DNA from: Octopus sinensis
Taxonomy: Eukaryota
Direction: 5' to 3'
Assembly: GCF_006345805.1 (NCBI RefSeq)
Contig: NC_043018.1
Span: 2,480,001-2,544,000 of the forward strand
Length of the DNA: 64,000 nucleotides
The translations under genes and the position numbers were made by a program. Within the stretch, counting starts at the first letter, position 1, and the number at the start of each line of letters is the position of its first letter. The notes under the pieces were generated by a model. That model was not told the DNA's origin. It did no database searches and saw nothing but the letters and a program-made list of their open reading frames with translations. This document shows, piece after piece, positions 13,006 through 26,065 of this stretch.

Positions 13006-13184
13006 CTTATATATTACATATATTTGCACATATGTACGTATGCATATATGATGCATACATATGTGCATGTAAATATATTAATGAAAATTTATACACAGAG
13101 ATACAAGTATACACATATATATCTATATATATAATTATGTATGCAGATCTCTCTCTATCTATCTATGTATGTATATCGCTATAT

Positions 13185-13425
13185 ATAACGGGAAGCTTTA
13201 TGAAAATAAACAAAAGACGAAGGCAGGTGGAAAACAAACGAACAATTGTATTAGTATGGCGCTCAGGAAATATAAATAAAACAAGTCTTTAACGTTTCGA
13301 GCCTACGCTCTTCAACAGAAAGATACACAGAGAGAGAAAAACACAGAAAGAAGGAGAGAAAAAAAATGCGTGCAGTAGCTAACGAATCAACATGGCGATC
13401 TGATTTCGGCCAGAGGTCAAAGATC
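13185..13425 (-). mobile_element. PLE-like terminus, family 2 (carries the 13286-13323 motif)
   Basis: Shares the GCGCTCAGGAA...ACGTTTCGAGC layout with family 1 and is flanked by TA-rich microsatellite. Confidence 0.5.
13286..13323 (-). ncRNA. Minimal hammerhead-like motif of a related family (A6->U core deviation)
   Basis: Minus strand reads TCTTT-CTGTTGA-A-GAGC-GTAG-GCTC-GAAAC-GTT-AAAGA. Stem I covaries relative to the 6203 copy (TCTTT/AAAGA versus GTTT/AAAC). Confidence 0.65.
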
Positions 13426-14334
13426 AAACATGAGACGCGAGAGCGAAATAAGGGGAGATTATATGTATGTTTATATAAGTGCATAGAAACATACATTCAA
13501 AGAGAGATATAAATACTATTGTTGTACAGGTGTGTACATCCATCCACGCATTCATCCGTCGATTCATACATACATACATACCAACATACATACATATATG
13601 CATACATACATACATACATACATACATACATACATACCAACATACATACATATATGCATACATACATACATACATACATACATGTCATACGTACATACAT
13701 ATATACCTGCATACATAGATACATACATACATACGTACATACATACATACATTTGAGAACCTTACTTCACAGACGATCCACTGCATGGCATCTTCAAGAA
13801 TTTTCCTTTACCCAATGCTTGAACCAATCCTGGTCGTGCGAGTGGAAGGATACAGACATGTACTGTGTGAAGCCTGTTTAGTTGACAAGTACAATATATT
13901 CAAATGTCCATCAGACTTGTCACGCCGTATGTTGCTGTTGTATCTGACAATTATATTTCTGGACAGCTGCCTCGAGGCTACGGTTCCACTTGAATGAGCA
14001 ACAACTTTGATCATACAAATGAATTCATCTCGTCGCATCTGACAAATATACAGTTGCTTAAATACAGACAGGAAATACTCAACTATCTTGTCGAGTAAAT
14101 AACAGCATTAATTCAAAATTGAAACCATATAACTCGATCGCCTCGAGCCTGACTTAGAAAGATGGTAATAATCCAAAATCATCTACGGTCCATGTGATAG
14201 GCTTCATAGCACTTCAGGCATTGTTGAACATCAAACCATTCTTAGCCTAAAGACACAAATAAAGAATCTTTATCTACCAACGCAATGTTTAGCACTCGCT
14301 CTCATTGTTCAATATTATGTTATATATATATATG

Positions 14335-14436
<102 letters not shown>

Positions 14437-14444
14437 TATATATA

Positions 14445-14650
14445 GTTAATCCAAACAAGAAAACAAAATGACAACAACGCAAGGATGTGGAACAAATAAA
14501 GTATTATTGGACGCTCAGGAAAGAAGGGAAGAAGGAGGGTTTGACGTTTCGAGCGGAGCTCTTCGTCGGAAACATAGGAGAAGGAAAGATCCAGAGAAGG
14601 GAAGACAGAGGAAAAAAATCGCTAGTGATACAGGCGAAGTCACATACTAT
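14445..14650 (-). mobile_element. Family 1 PLE-like terminus copy
   Basis: (TA)n-GTTAATCCAAACAAGAAAACAAAA...GGACGCTCAGGAAAGAAGGGAAGAAGGAGGGTTTGACGTTTCGAGCGGAGCTCTTCGTCGGAAAC matches 6160-6345. Confidence 0.65.
14539..14573 (-). ncRNA. Minimal type-I hammerhead motif, sister copy of 6203-6237
   Basis: Minus strand reads GTTT-CCGACGA-A-GAGC-TCC-GCTC-GAAAC-GTC-AAAC, with a GUC triplet and a U4->C core. Confidence 0.7.
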
Positions 14651-14859
14651 ATATATAGCAGTGCCCTCGCTCGCTGTGGAGCAGATAACTCCCCTATCAG
14701 TACATAGTCTTGTGCTATGTCTGTAAGTGTAGGGTTCTTTAACTCTTATTTCTAGCAATATCGGTGCTTCAGTGGTGCCTTAGTCACAATTTGGGAAAAC
14801 TGAATTCTTCCTTTTGGGTTTTACGTTGCGTAACGATAAAAACATTGCCCTTTTCAAGA

Positions 14860-15100
14860 CTAGCAAGGCTCATGGACCCTGTTTGCCGGTTTCTGTGGCG
14901 TATGTGTTCCCCCCAGCTGGCTGGACGCGACGCCAGTCCATCGCAGCGTTACTCATTTTTGCCAGCTGAGTGGACTGGAGCAACGTGAAATGAAGTGTTT
15001 TGCTCAAGAACACAACGCGTCGCCTGGTCCAGGAATCGAAACCACAATCTTACGATCATGATACTGACACCCTGGCCACTAAACCACGCGCCCCCACTTT
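14860..15100 (-). mobile_element. SINE with family B head and a different tail
   Basis: Head and core as in 52386-52714, then GATGGACTGGCGTCGCGTCCAGCCAGCTGGGG...CAGAAACCGGCAAACAGGGTCCATGAGCC. Confidence 0.75.
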
Positions 15101-15697
15101 ACGTTGCGTCTAGTCTCCTATATATACGTTTCGGGTTTCCATGAACGATAGAGATCAGACGAATTTTTCCAGCCCATTGCATTTAGAATCTAAATTTTGC
15201 CAGAATCATTTTTGATTTTCCCTGGTACGGGCCAGCAAACACCACTGAAACCGGTTGGCCTTGTACCTAATAAGAAACACTCATCTTTTCCTATTTATTA
15301 CCTTCTCTCCACAAGTACGTAGCCCAGCTTGCGTTTTGATACCCTCGGGGTGGATAAGTAACAAAGCTAGCAGAATCGATTCCTATCGCCTATTCTTTAG
15401 GCTTCAATTCCTTGATGTTATATCTCTGCTATAAACAATATATCTGAGTTGGTGAGTGGAATTACCCGGCACTGTCAGTCCCAACATGTATAAGTCTGGG
15501 ATCCTGCTGTGTGGCATGACATGTAAGTCCTTTGCAGGCCTTCAGATCAATATGTGACGGTGCTGGAAGGACAGCAAAGGGTATTTGTTTCTTTGAATGA
15601 AATGGATTTAGGAAGTGGTCTTTCTCGATCACGAGTCGCATTACACCAAGCATTTATACATTCATGGCTTTATCCTCTCTCTCTCTCTCATATATAT

Positions 15698-15740
<43 letters not shown>

Positions 15741-15873
15741 TGTATATATATCATCTCTGATAGGTTTCGGCCGGTATTGGCCCAGGCCATGTCTAACTTA
15801 ATAGCATCACCTGGTAAAGTCATTCAAATCACGAATCCGACAACATGGCCCTCTCAAGTAGAGATGTGTATAT

Positions 15874-15915
<42 letters not shown>

Positions 15916-16028
15916 ACACATATAATATATATACATATAAATATATACTTATATATGTATATATATATATATGGATATACATGCATATATATATATACAT
16001 ATACATATGCACATGTGTATACATGTAT

Positions 16029-16061
<33 letters not shown>

Positions 16062-16143
16062 ATATAAATATTAGGGAATAAATCCAAATTTACAGGGAAA
16101 AATCAGATTTAGGATTAAATCCATTTTTAGTAAAATATTATAT

Positions 16144-16301
16144 AATATTAATTCGAGACAAAACCACTATTTTGCAAAACAAACAAGGAAAGACTTAATC
16201 AATACATAAAATTTTAATATAAAATAAATAAATAAATAAATATTGATTAAGTCTTTCCTTGTTTGTTTTGCAAAATAGTGGTTTTGTCTCGAATTAATAT
16301 T
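16144..16301. repeat. Inverted repeat, 61-bp identical arms, 36-bp AT-rich spacer
   Basis: 16144-16204 equals the reverse complement of 16241-16301. It is the end of a (TA)n-flanked element that starts near 16068. Confidence 0.9.
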
Positions 16302-16302
16302 A

Positions 16303-16369
<67 letters not shown>

Positions 16370-18495
16370 CCGAGAAATGAGGATATATAAATATAATCGA
16401 GAAAAGAGGATAGTGGCTTCATGCCATTTGATGAAAGCTTAAATGTGTAGAAAAAGGTGTCTTGCTGCAGATGGGATACATGAGTCCGCCAGTTGGAAAA
16501 AGAGAGAAAGTAGGGGAGGGAGGAGTGAGGGAATGAGACGACGCAATGTGAAGATGCCGTCAATGTCGTCAGATATAGTCAAATACCTCGTTGAAGCGAA
16601 GTCGTATAGCACCCATTTCAAAGAAATTCCCAAAGGTGGGTGAAAACTGATGAAATAGATGCGATATTGTTACGGTAACTATTACTCTTGAACGAAGAGG
16701 TTCGGTGTGGTAAGGAGGAATATATTTTCAATGTGCTGGACTGTCTCTAAAAGGGACTTGTATAACATTTTCTTATGTTAGAAATAGGGAGAAATATAGA
16801 TAACTATGTAGAAGTCACACCCTATGAAATTGCTCTTTCCATGTATGGGACACGCGCGCGTACATATACATGCATACATGCAAACATGTACACATGCAAA
16901 CATGTATACATGCATACACCCACACACATACACGTGACTACAAATGGATCTCGAGCATCGCCGTTGCTTGGTTACTCCCTTAAAGTAGCACGGGTGTGGC
17001 TTTGTAGTCCTACAAGGGACCACACACATTTAGATAGATTTGAAAACGGTGAATACCTCTTGCAGATTCATGTAGGTTGATTACCACCGACACAGAAACA
17101 TGCCTTCATTCCATCATCGAATTTTTCATTGAGGATTTTGTCTTTGTAACTACGACAATTCATACAATGCAACACATAATCGAGATGATATGAATGCGAT
17201 TATATACATCAATAAATCTATGTGCATACACAGAAAAATTATGTCCGAATGTGTACATGCCTGGAATGTAGTCAATGGTAGATCTTGAAGTTAACGAGTG
17301 AGAATAGACTATTGGCGTGCAACCGAGTACGAAATATTCAAATTAATCGTTCAGTCGTAAAAATATTCTTGGTTTTGAACCAACATATTTACGTCTCACG
17401 TCTGAATAAATTTCTCATCATTCCTGGCTATGAATTATTGAATTCTGGATTTGGCAGGAAGCTACCATCACACAGAAATCGGTTGCAGTAGATTCTATCT
17501 TATCAGGTACACTTATTGAACTACCCAGCCGCCAGCCACTCATTATAACAAAGAAGGCGATACGTATATACTTTCGCCAGCACTGAACGTCTAAGACGTT
17601 GGGGGAACTTGCAAGAATTTACAGTCCTCTCTCAAAAATACTTTATAAATAATAGAAACCCTAAATAAACATATCTGAAATAAATTATATCTGACAATGG
17701 AATTGCTGTAGGTAGGAATGTATTTGAAAGTGTTTGTTTCATTATGACTAACCAGGGAATAAGTAACGATTATATACACATGAATATTATAATCGATAGT
17801 GTGAACATGAAGGATAAATATAAAACTGGCTGTTATGTTTTATTTCACTAAATTATAACGTCTGTTAAGTTTATGTGCGTTCTTTTGTTTATATGTGTGT
17901 TCTTTTGTCAATGATAGCACATGTTAATGGGAACAGGTCAAAACAGAATAGTGCCTTTTATGATTTAGGCACAGAATGGAGATGTCCATTACACAGACGC
18001 ACGTGTTTCACCGGTACTTTAATGTATCGAATACACACCCACAAGGTGTGTGCGTGTGTGTTAGTTCGTTGGCCGGCGGCATTTTAGGCGCAAGAGAATA
18101 TATTCTCAATAAACCTGGTGTTAACAAGAACTGTAATGAAGCCAGAGGCGAGCGAGACAACTCACATCGGGTTCCTTCTCGGAGCGAGAGACAGATGTTG
18201 CGTCATTTTGAATGCCGCGTACCGAACAAGGTAAAAATTCAGTTACCTTCAGCTGTTTCTAATTCACATTTGTTTTCTTTTCGGTGGCATGAAACGTTGG
18301 GAAAATCCATCAGATGGGTCTTAGACCATTTGTTATATTGCCATAGTCGGCGATAAAATTTGCAAAAGGTCTTCTGACTCGATCTAGAAATTTATGCTAA
18401 TAGGTGCAAAACCTTAACCGCTAAGCCATGTACCATTACATACACACATGCGCACGTAGACACAGACACACGTACAAATATGTTTATATATATAT

Positions 18496-18544
<49 letters not shown>

Positions 18545-18631
18545 GTGTGCGTGTGTGTGTGTGTATTACTCAAAATAATTCCAACTTTGAATTTCATGCT
18601 TTATTTACAATCTTATGTTAATATAATATAA

Positions 18632-18936
18632 ATAGCAGTATCGCCCGGCGTTGCTCGGGTTTGTAAGAGAAATAACTATATAAGCATTTTTAGAGAGTTA
18701 TTTCCCTTATATAACCCGAGCAAAAATCATTAAAAATGTGGAAAAATGATGGTAATTTTTTTTTTAAATCGTAGACTCATCGTAGACGCGCGCTAATACC
18801 CAGAAAGGCTCGATATGAATGACGACTATAAGATACCCGCTTTTAGTTAAACTGCACCGCAAAATGCGGGAGTAGTTAGGAATCTAAATCAGAGGAGACA
18901 ATCTCACACACACAACTTCAATTTTATATATAAAGA
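18632..18936 (-). mobile_element. Non-autonomous Helitron, family H1 (short form)
   Basis: Minus strand begins TCTTTATATATAAAA and ends CCCGAGCAACGCCGGGCGATACTGCTA(T) (hairpin plus a mutated CTAG). Confidence 0.7.
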
Positions 18937-19394
18937 TATAATATAATGAAATGATAGAATATTAAATATCCATTCTGATCGAACTTGTACTTTTATGCAT
19001 TAAACTATTTTTCAGGTTCATATAGTTATGGTAACACTTACGTTTCACAATCTACAACTGTGGCGAGATGGCTAAACTGTGTTCCTTAAATACATTTGTA
19101 TAGGCTCCAGAATGTTATTTTTTGCAAACTGTATTCTGACAAATCAGTGTGTGATTTTACTAAATTACTTAAGTTGATTGGTGTTTGGGTTTTTAGAAAT
19201 ATTTCCCAGGGATTTTTACATTTCAATTATAATCTCCTTTATTATTGTTGTCGTTGTTGTTGTTGCTAGTGGTGGTGGTCGTCATCGTTGGAGCAGCTGT
19301 GGTAATGGAACTTTAAACCCCAAAATAAGATAATTTTCACTGACTTTTCACTTGCTAGTGGTAGTGGTCGTAGCAGTGGAAATAGTAACTCTAA

Positions 19395-19451
19395 GTATTA
19401 GTATCGTTGTCTATTTAGCTTGGGTTGGAATTTATTTATAAAGTTCTTTCC

Positions 19452-19503
<52 letters not shown>

Positions 19504-19690
19504 ATTTTACTCTTATTTCTAACAATGCTGGTATTAATTTTGTACCCTTGTTCATAATATATATATATATATATATACTTTATTTTAAGCAGCAGAAAAT
19601 TCAACAAAATCTGTTACTCTGAGTTTCTCGTTGCCGTTCATCAGACAGTCTTGCTAGAATGGAACATATATATTAATCCATCTATACTCT
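19395..19690 (-). mobile_element. PLE C-terminal remnant broken by (TA)n arrays
   Basis: Minus strand ...KNFINKFQPKLNRQRY matches the E..FI.KF.P.LN end of PLE GIY-YIG ORFs; a hammerhead-like motif lies on the same strand. Confidence 0.5.
19612..19650 (-). ncRNA. Degenerate hammerhead-like motif beside a PLE remnant
   Basis: Minus strand reads ACTGT-CTGATGA-A-CG-GCAA-CG-A-GAAA-C-TC-AGAGT. Stem I pairs at 4 of 5 positions; helix III is essentially absent. Confidence 0.35.
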
Positions 19691-19692
19691 TA

Positions 19693-19792
19693 NNNNNNNN
19701 NNNNNNNNNNNNNNNNNNNNNNNNNNNNNNNNNNNNNNNNNNNNNNNNNNNNNNNNNNNNNNNNNNNNNNNNNNNNNNNNNNNNNNNNNNNN
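19693..19792. other. Assembly gap (100 N)
   Basis: Run of exactly 100 N, probably a nominal gap size. Confidence 0.99.
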
Positions 19793-21051
19793 AGACACTT
19801 TTACAATGTGCTACGTAGTGTAATAGAACCTAGATCCTTTTGGTTGGTAAACAAACTTCTTACCACACGCCTATATGTTTGACGCTTCAAATATCGCAGC
19901 AACTCTTAACAAAACTACAAATATTTCAGCAGCAGTCCTGATGCAGTGCCGTCATCAACTAGATTTTCCTTTTTGCCTATTCTCTGGAGAAAGTCACTGG
20001 TTGCCGCATACATCCTCAAAAATTTCCTATCCCAGTCGATTGCTCCAGTTTTCAAAAGAGACAACAAATCTCTGACGATGAATAACAGAGCGCCTTTAAA
20101 AGTCCCACAGTTAAAAATTTTTTAGTGGTGAAATCTCGTGTAACTCATTTCATGGGAAGTAACAGCTTACTTATTCCCAACCAGGGTGGTGTCTCTAATG
20201 GAAGGAACTGCCTAACACTGCTCCTGCATTACATGCACATACCCATGCACACGTAGGCTTTCGAGGAAATGTCTTAAATAGGATTAAAAAGGAAAACTCT
20301 ATAGGCTAGCCCTATCAAACATATAGATATATGCCTACCTACCTTAAGTAACAAAGGCAAGGAATCTGATATCGAGAGGATACATCGTGCTCAAAATACC
20401 CGAAACAAAAACATTCCAATCTCAAAACTGACTTTATTATACTGTAACATGGATTGATGTATAGTTGTTATCATAAAATTATGTGAGTGTGAAATCAGTA
20501 ACTTTGAGTTAACTGTAGTTTGATTAAATAGGGAGAAATAATAAACGGTTGTAATTGAATGAGCGCCTGCTAACACCAAGAACACACCACTCGCAAGGCT
20601 TGACCCAATTCCTCTCTCCTCAAATGCCTCATTTTCAACCTGCAACGACCATGTAAAGTAATATTATATGTATACATACTTAATAATTTCAAAACTACAC
20701 GCCGTTATTAGTCTAAATCACAGTCTGGCCATGACGTTGGCAAATCTCTTTTGTTCAGGGAAGACATTATGCAGATTTTAAACCTGATTTGTCAGGTTTA
20801 ATTATATATTTCAAAGACGCCGTTTCAATATATTTCTGTAGTTATTTTATATAACCATTATTCTATTTTCTTATTTATATTTCAATATGGATTTCTGTCT
20901 TGGCGTATAATTTTTTTAATCAGTCTGCAATGGTTGAACCAATATATACATATATACAAACATAACATACATATATCTACACATGCAAACACACATACAC
21001 ACACGCGCACATGCACACACATATTCATATACATATATGTTCATGTATGTG

Positions 21052-21082
<31 letters not shown>

Positions 21083-21324
21083 ATGTATACATACGCATAC
21101 ACATATATACGTACATGTACGTATGCATTTATTATGCACACACAAAATTTCATTATACTAGTTAGAACGAACATATTTTCTGAACAGTTTTCGTAATGCA
21201 TTTTTAAAATATCCAATCAGATACCGGACGATATTAGCCTAGCAAACTAACTTATGTTAGGAAACTATTAATAACGATGTATTGGTCTATACATTAAATT
21301 TGAAATAGTATGTATTATAATATA

Positions 21325-21450
<126 letters not shown>

Positions 21451-21644
21451 CATACATACATATATATGCGTGTGTGCATGTGGAGCGTGAGTGAATGTGT
21501 CTTTGTGTGTGTGTGAGAGAGAGTTTGTGTGTGAATGTGAATAACTTTTAAAAGAATAAATGAGAAGATTGATAGAGACAGACAAAAATATATCAAGGTG
21601 TTGCATTCCTGTACAAAGACATGTAGAGTAAGAGATTTAGAGAC

Positions 21645-21751
<107 letters not shown>

Positions 21752-21762
21752 CAGATAGATAC

Positions 21763-21819
<57 letters not shown>

Positions 21820-22559
21820 GGGAGGGAGAGACCGTGAGAGATAGAGAGACAAACAGACAGAGAGAGGGTGAAAGGGAGAGAGATAAGTAGTGCTAGTACT
21901 GGCTGTTAGGGAGCCACCAGGTAACGTGAGTGGAATAAATTAACGTTGATATATTCTTCAAAAACATGAAACTCATACAATCACAGAAACACACAGACAG
22001 AAGTACACAAACAAACGCTTAAATACACTCAGATTAATATTTTTGGATTTTGTTACTTCAAAGTTTAGAAAGATTAATGTGCGAGATATGGCGACGAAAG
22101 AAGTTAAAAAATATTATTGGATTCTAGATGAGATCATAAGAAACTTGGGAATATATACAAATTCAAGGCTGTCAGATATAATGATGCATAAAATATGTCT
22201 CTCATTCTCTCTTTCTTTCCATATATTTCTCGATTTACGCCTACATGCGTATACATATGTAACTGTGTGTTTGCCTATGTATGTGTATTTATCACTCTTG
22301 TATAGATACATATAGGCATGTGTGTAATATGAATATATATACACTTATATACATGCGTTTATGGGTTCATATATAAATACATATAACATGTACATATATA
22401 TATACATATATATATACATACATACATATATATATATATACATACATACATGCATACATACATATACACACATACACACATACATACACATATATATACA
22501 TGCATATCTACACATAGATGCACATACATGCATACATGCATATGCACACATACACACAT

Positions 22560-22592
<33 letters not shown>

Positions 22593-23739
22593 TCTATAAT
22601 ATATATATATATATATATAATATATATTATCATATATATGATATTTTATATATGTATGTATATGTATATATACATGCACATGTGTGTGCGTGGTGATGTG
22701 TGTCTGTACAGAGAGATTATCGTTTGATACTTTTAATTATTTCAGTAAATTCTCTGCTACTTGGCCTAATCTCTCACTTCAAAGATTGTTTTGTTTCTTA
22801 TTTGTCTCAGTTTATTATTTAGTTCACCCACACTAACAGAGCAAAGATTAAATTCGTCGAACACGAATCCGATACGGAGCCATTTTGTGAACGTACGGCT
22901 GCAACTAGTTTAATGTGAATCTTTTAGTCCGAACACACGTTTGTTATGGAAATGTACTTCACTTGAAATTTAGTGTTTCATATGAAGTTGTTTTACCATC
23001 AAGAATACGATTGGTATTAATTTTAGGAACATGATCTGATATATTTTGAATATCACTTATACATTGATGCTCAGGGGTAGCTATGTTTTAAGAACCTTGC
23101 TACCGGTTCTGGTCATTTTGGTTCTTCGTGCACCGTTGAAGTCGTCAGGCTGGCATGCAGCGGATGAAAATTGACTGAGAAAGAAACTCTGCTGTAAGGT
23201 AAGGCTTTTGCTTTTGGGGTCCAGTGGAGGTTTGCTGTGATAATTATTTTTTTGTAGAAGCAAGAGGTCCTCACTAGACGCTAGGCTCTTGTTTGCCTGC
23301 AGTAGAGTCTTTCTCACTTAATTGTGAGAGTTATTGTTTGGGGGTGTAGGCCGCCTGAAAATTTGGTTCGTGAATAGTGTTGTTGGTTCAGGTTGGTAAA
23401 TAATTTTTTGGAATAATTTTGCGGAATGATTTTGTGGAATAATACAACTGTGAGAAGCTATGTTCCAGTTTCAAATGAAGGCCGAGGAGTATCGTATGGC
23501 TAAAGTATTTTTTGATGTGTATTTTGAACTATCGCCCTCTCTTCTTCTATCTTTCATTTTGAAACTCTTTATTGAACTGTTTAGTTTGTCTTCTTCCTTT
23601 TGGTTAGGACTTTCTTTCTCTTTGATTTTTGTCTCTAATAGTTTGAAGTTTGTGAACTAGTTTTTGAACTGTTTAATTTATCATGCAAAGAACATCATGC
23701 AAAGAACTATCATGCAAAGATAGTGTCACACAAGCAGTG

Positions 23740-24170
23740 GATGGAAGAGTTTGAAAAGAAGACGGTGGTGTTGAGGAATTACTCCAACTCCCTCTACACC
23801 ATCGGGTCTTCGAGAAAAATTTGATAGAAAAAGAGTTGGCGGAATATATTTCAACTATTAAGTACATCTCTAAGGGGATCAAATACGCAACCATGTGGCT
23901 GCTATTTGACACTCCCGAAGAGACTCGGAAATTCGCGAGCCAGCCCGTGGAAGGCAGAGAAATTTTGTTTCTCCCCACTTATTGCGGGAAGAAGTTGAGG
24001 AGGGCTTGGGTCTGCGGTTTTCCACCCGGAACTGAACATTAGTGTATAGAGGATACTATCTGCCGGGGTCTGGGTGGCAGCAGTACCAAGCACCTCAGCG
24101 TAAATATCTTGCCTGCGGTTGATTGTGAGGGGTCAAAAGCTGTTTTGACCCTATGAGTTGTCTGGAAAGT
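23740..24170 (+). mobile_element. L1/Tx1-like ORF1 (RRM-type) remnant
   Basis: IKYISKGIKYATMWLLFDTPEETRKFASQPVEGREILFLPTYCGKKLRRAWVCGFPP aligns by eye with the 48290-48660 peptide. Confidence 0.5.
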
Positions 24171-24395
24171 TTTAGACCTACTTGCACTGAAACAATGTGA
24201 AATGTAATATTTTGCTCAAGATCACAGTGGACCACCTTCGCCGCTAGTCAAAAGCGTGATTTTGCATTCGTGGAACACATCCACAATACTCGGTCGGGCC
24301 CCGCTTCATTTTCTCCACATGGTATCACACACACACCACCCCACACATATATATATATATGTAGTATATATATTATAATATAATATATATATATA

Positions 24396-24535
24396 TAAAG
24401 TTAATCCAAACATGAAAACACAAAGAGAAAACACAACAACGCGAGGACGTGTAACAAATATACTATTACTGGACGCTCAGGAGGAAGTAAGATGGAGGAA
24501 AAAATCGCCAACAGTACACTCGCGGTCACATTTTG
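24396..24535 (-). mobile_element. Family 1 copy with internal deletion removing the hammerhead
   Basis: GTTAATCCAAACATGAAAACAC...GGACGCTCAGGAGGAAGTAAGATGGAGGAAAAAATCGCC jumps from the GCTCAGGA block directly to the GAGGAAAAAATCGC block. Confidence 0.55.
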
Positions 24536-24742
24536 AAACCCTTTTTGAATATATATATATATATACATGTATGTAAAAATGAAGGTGTTTTTGTCTGTAT
24601 GTGAGGTGGGCTGGAAACGAAAATTGGGTTTGAGATCTAAATAAATTTACAGCTACAGATTCTTTATAAAAAAAGGGAAAAAATAATGAAATCATATTTG
24701 TTATAAACCAAACAGGAAACACATATACACGTACACACACAC

Positions 24743-24780
<38 letters not shown>

Positions 24781-25377
24781 ATTAATATATATAATATATA
24801 TATATGTATGCATGTATGTATATATGTAGTATGTATGTATGTATGTATGTATGTATGTATGTATGTATGTATGTATGTATGTATGAGTGTGTGTATGTGT
24901 TTGCTGGTGTTTATATATATATTTATACAGTATCGTTTTGTGGTTGTGCGTGTATGAATGTGAGCAGAAATTGAAAATTGAAGCAATACAAAATAATGCC
25001 TGGCATTCACAACTCATTTCCGAATAGGAAATCTATACTTATTTTGATAAAACAAAATTTATTTCGGATGTTATGTTTCTTTCAATCATATGACACAAGT
25101 TAGGGATTATCCAAGGACAAACTACATACTATATATTTGATTTGGCGAAGACAATATGGATTTCCTGCGAAGGATAATTTACTCAAGTATATTTATTTGT
25201 TGTATAGTTAAATTATTATCTCCAGATCTACGTTTTCGAAGTTCGATCTCAAGCCATTTTACGTACGGCTTCTAAATATACTATCATGACACGAGATCGG
25301 ACAAAGCTCCATTTAAAACAATCAAGATTGAAATAGTGCTTAAACCTATGTATGCATGCATGCATATGTGTGTGTGT

Positions 25378-25437
<60 letters not shown>

Positions 25438-25438
25438 A

Positions 25439-25745
25439 TATAAAAGGGCTTAGTAAAATAAATTACTTTGCCGCATACTGAACTCATTAGAAATAGCAGC
25501 TAAAAAAAACTTTTTAAAAACTATTTCTAATACTTAAAGAAACCTCTCTCATATAGCGTTTGCTCAATTCAACTCACGCAAATTTGCGTGAGTTGCGTGA
25601 GTTGCGTGAGTTGAATTGAGCAAACACTATATGAGAGAGGTTTTCTTTAAGTATTAGAAATAGTTTTTAAAAAAGTTTTTTTAGCTGCTATTTCTAATGA
25701 GTTCAGTATGCGGCAAAGTAATTTATTTTACTAAGCCCTTTTATA
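25439..25745. repeat. ~307-bp palindrome with triplicated 9-mer at centre
   Basis: TATAAAAGGGCTTAGTAAAATAAATTACTTTGCCGC... mirrored by ...GCGGCAAAGTAATTTATTTTACTAAGCCCTTTTATA. Centre: AACTCACGC-AAATTT-(GCGTGAGTT)x3. Confidence 0.9.
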
Positions 25746-25857
25746 AATGTAATAATTTGAATTCGCCTTAAATGGTCCCTTTGCATACTGAATACTTGGT
25801 GAAATGATTAATTAATTAATTTTACCCTCAATTGTTGAAATATATATTATATATATA

Positions 25858-26065
25858 TTACGGAGATGTACTCGCATAGCAAGTAATTTGATCTGAGATC
25901 GTGTGCTGAAACGAAAACAATTGCAGCGTGGAAGGTGTTTATAAGCCATTTAAGAAACACACAAAAGCCGTTCGATTCACTTCAACATTTAAGTTTAATT
26001 TGTCAAAATATTTTCGTCGCTAAAATCCGCGACCTATTCACTGACAAAGTCCGTGCTGCATCTAA
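25858..26065 (-). mobile_element. Family 3 repeat copy
   Basis: CGGAGATGTACTCGCATAGCAAGT...GCCATTTAAGAAACACACAAAAGCCGTTCGATTCACTTCAACATTTAA is the reverse complement of about 6400-6603. Confidence 0.6.

Noticed and set aside
13755-14290. Non-simple sequence with short ORFs, possible transposase remnant
   Set aside because: No catalytic motif or TIR could be identified.
20391-20645. Possible exon VENEAFEERGIGSSLASGVFLVLAG after TTGCAG on the minus strand
   Set aside because: No recognisable domain, weak acceptor and no partner exons.
25888-25930. CTGAGA-TCGT...ACGA-AAAC-AATT-GC as a hammerhead (also 6541-6575, minus strand)
   Set aside because: The core lacks N7, the GAAA register does not fit stem II, and there is no UH triplet.
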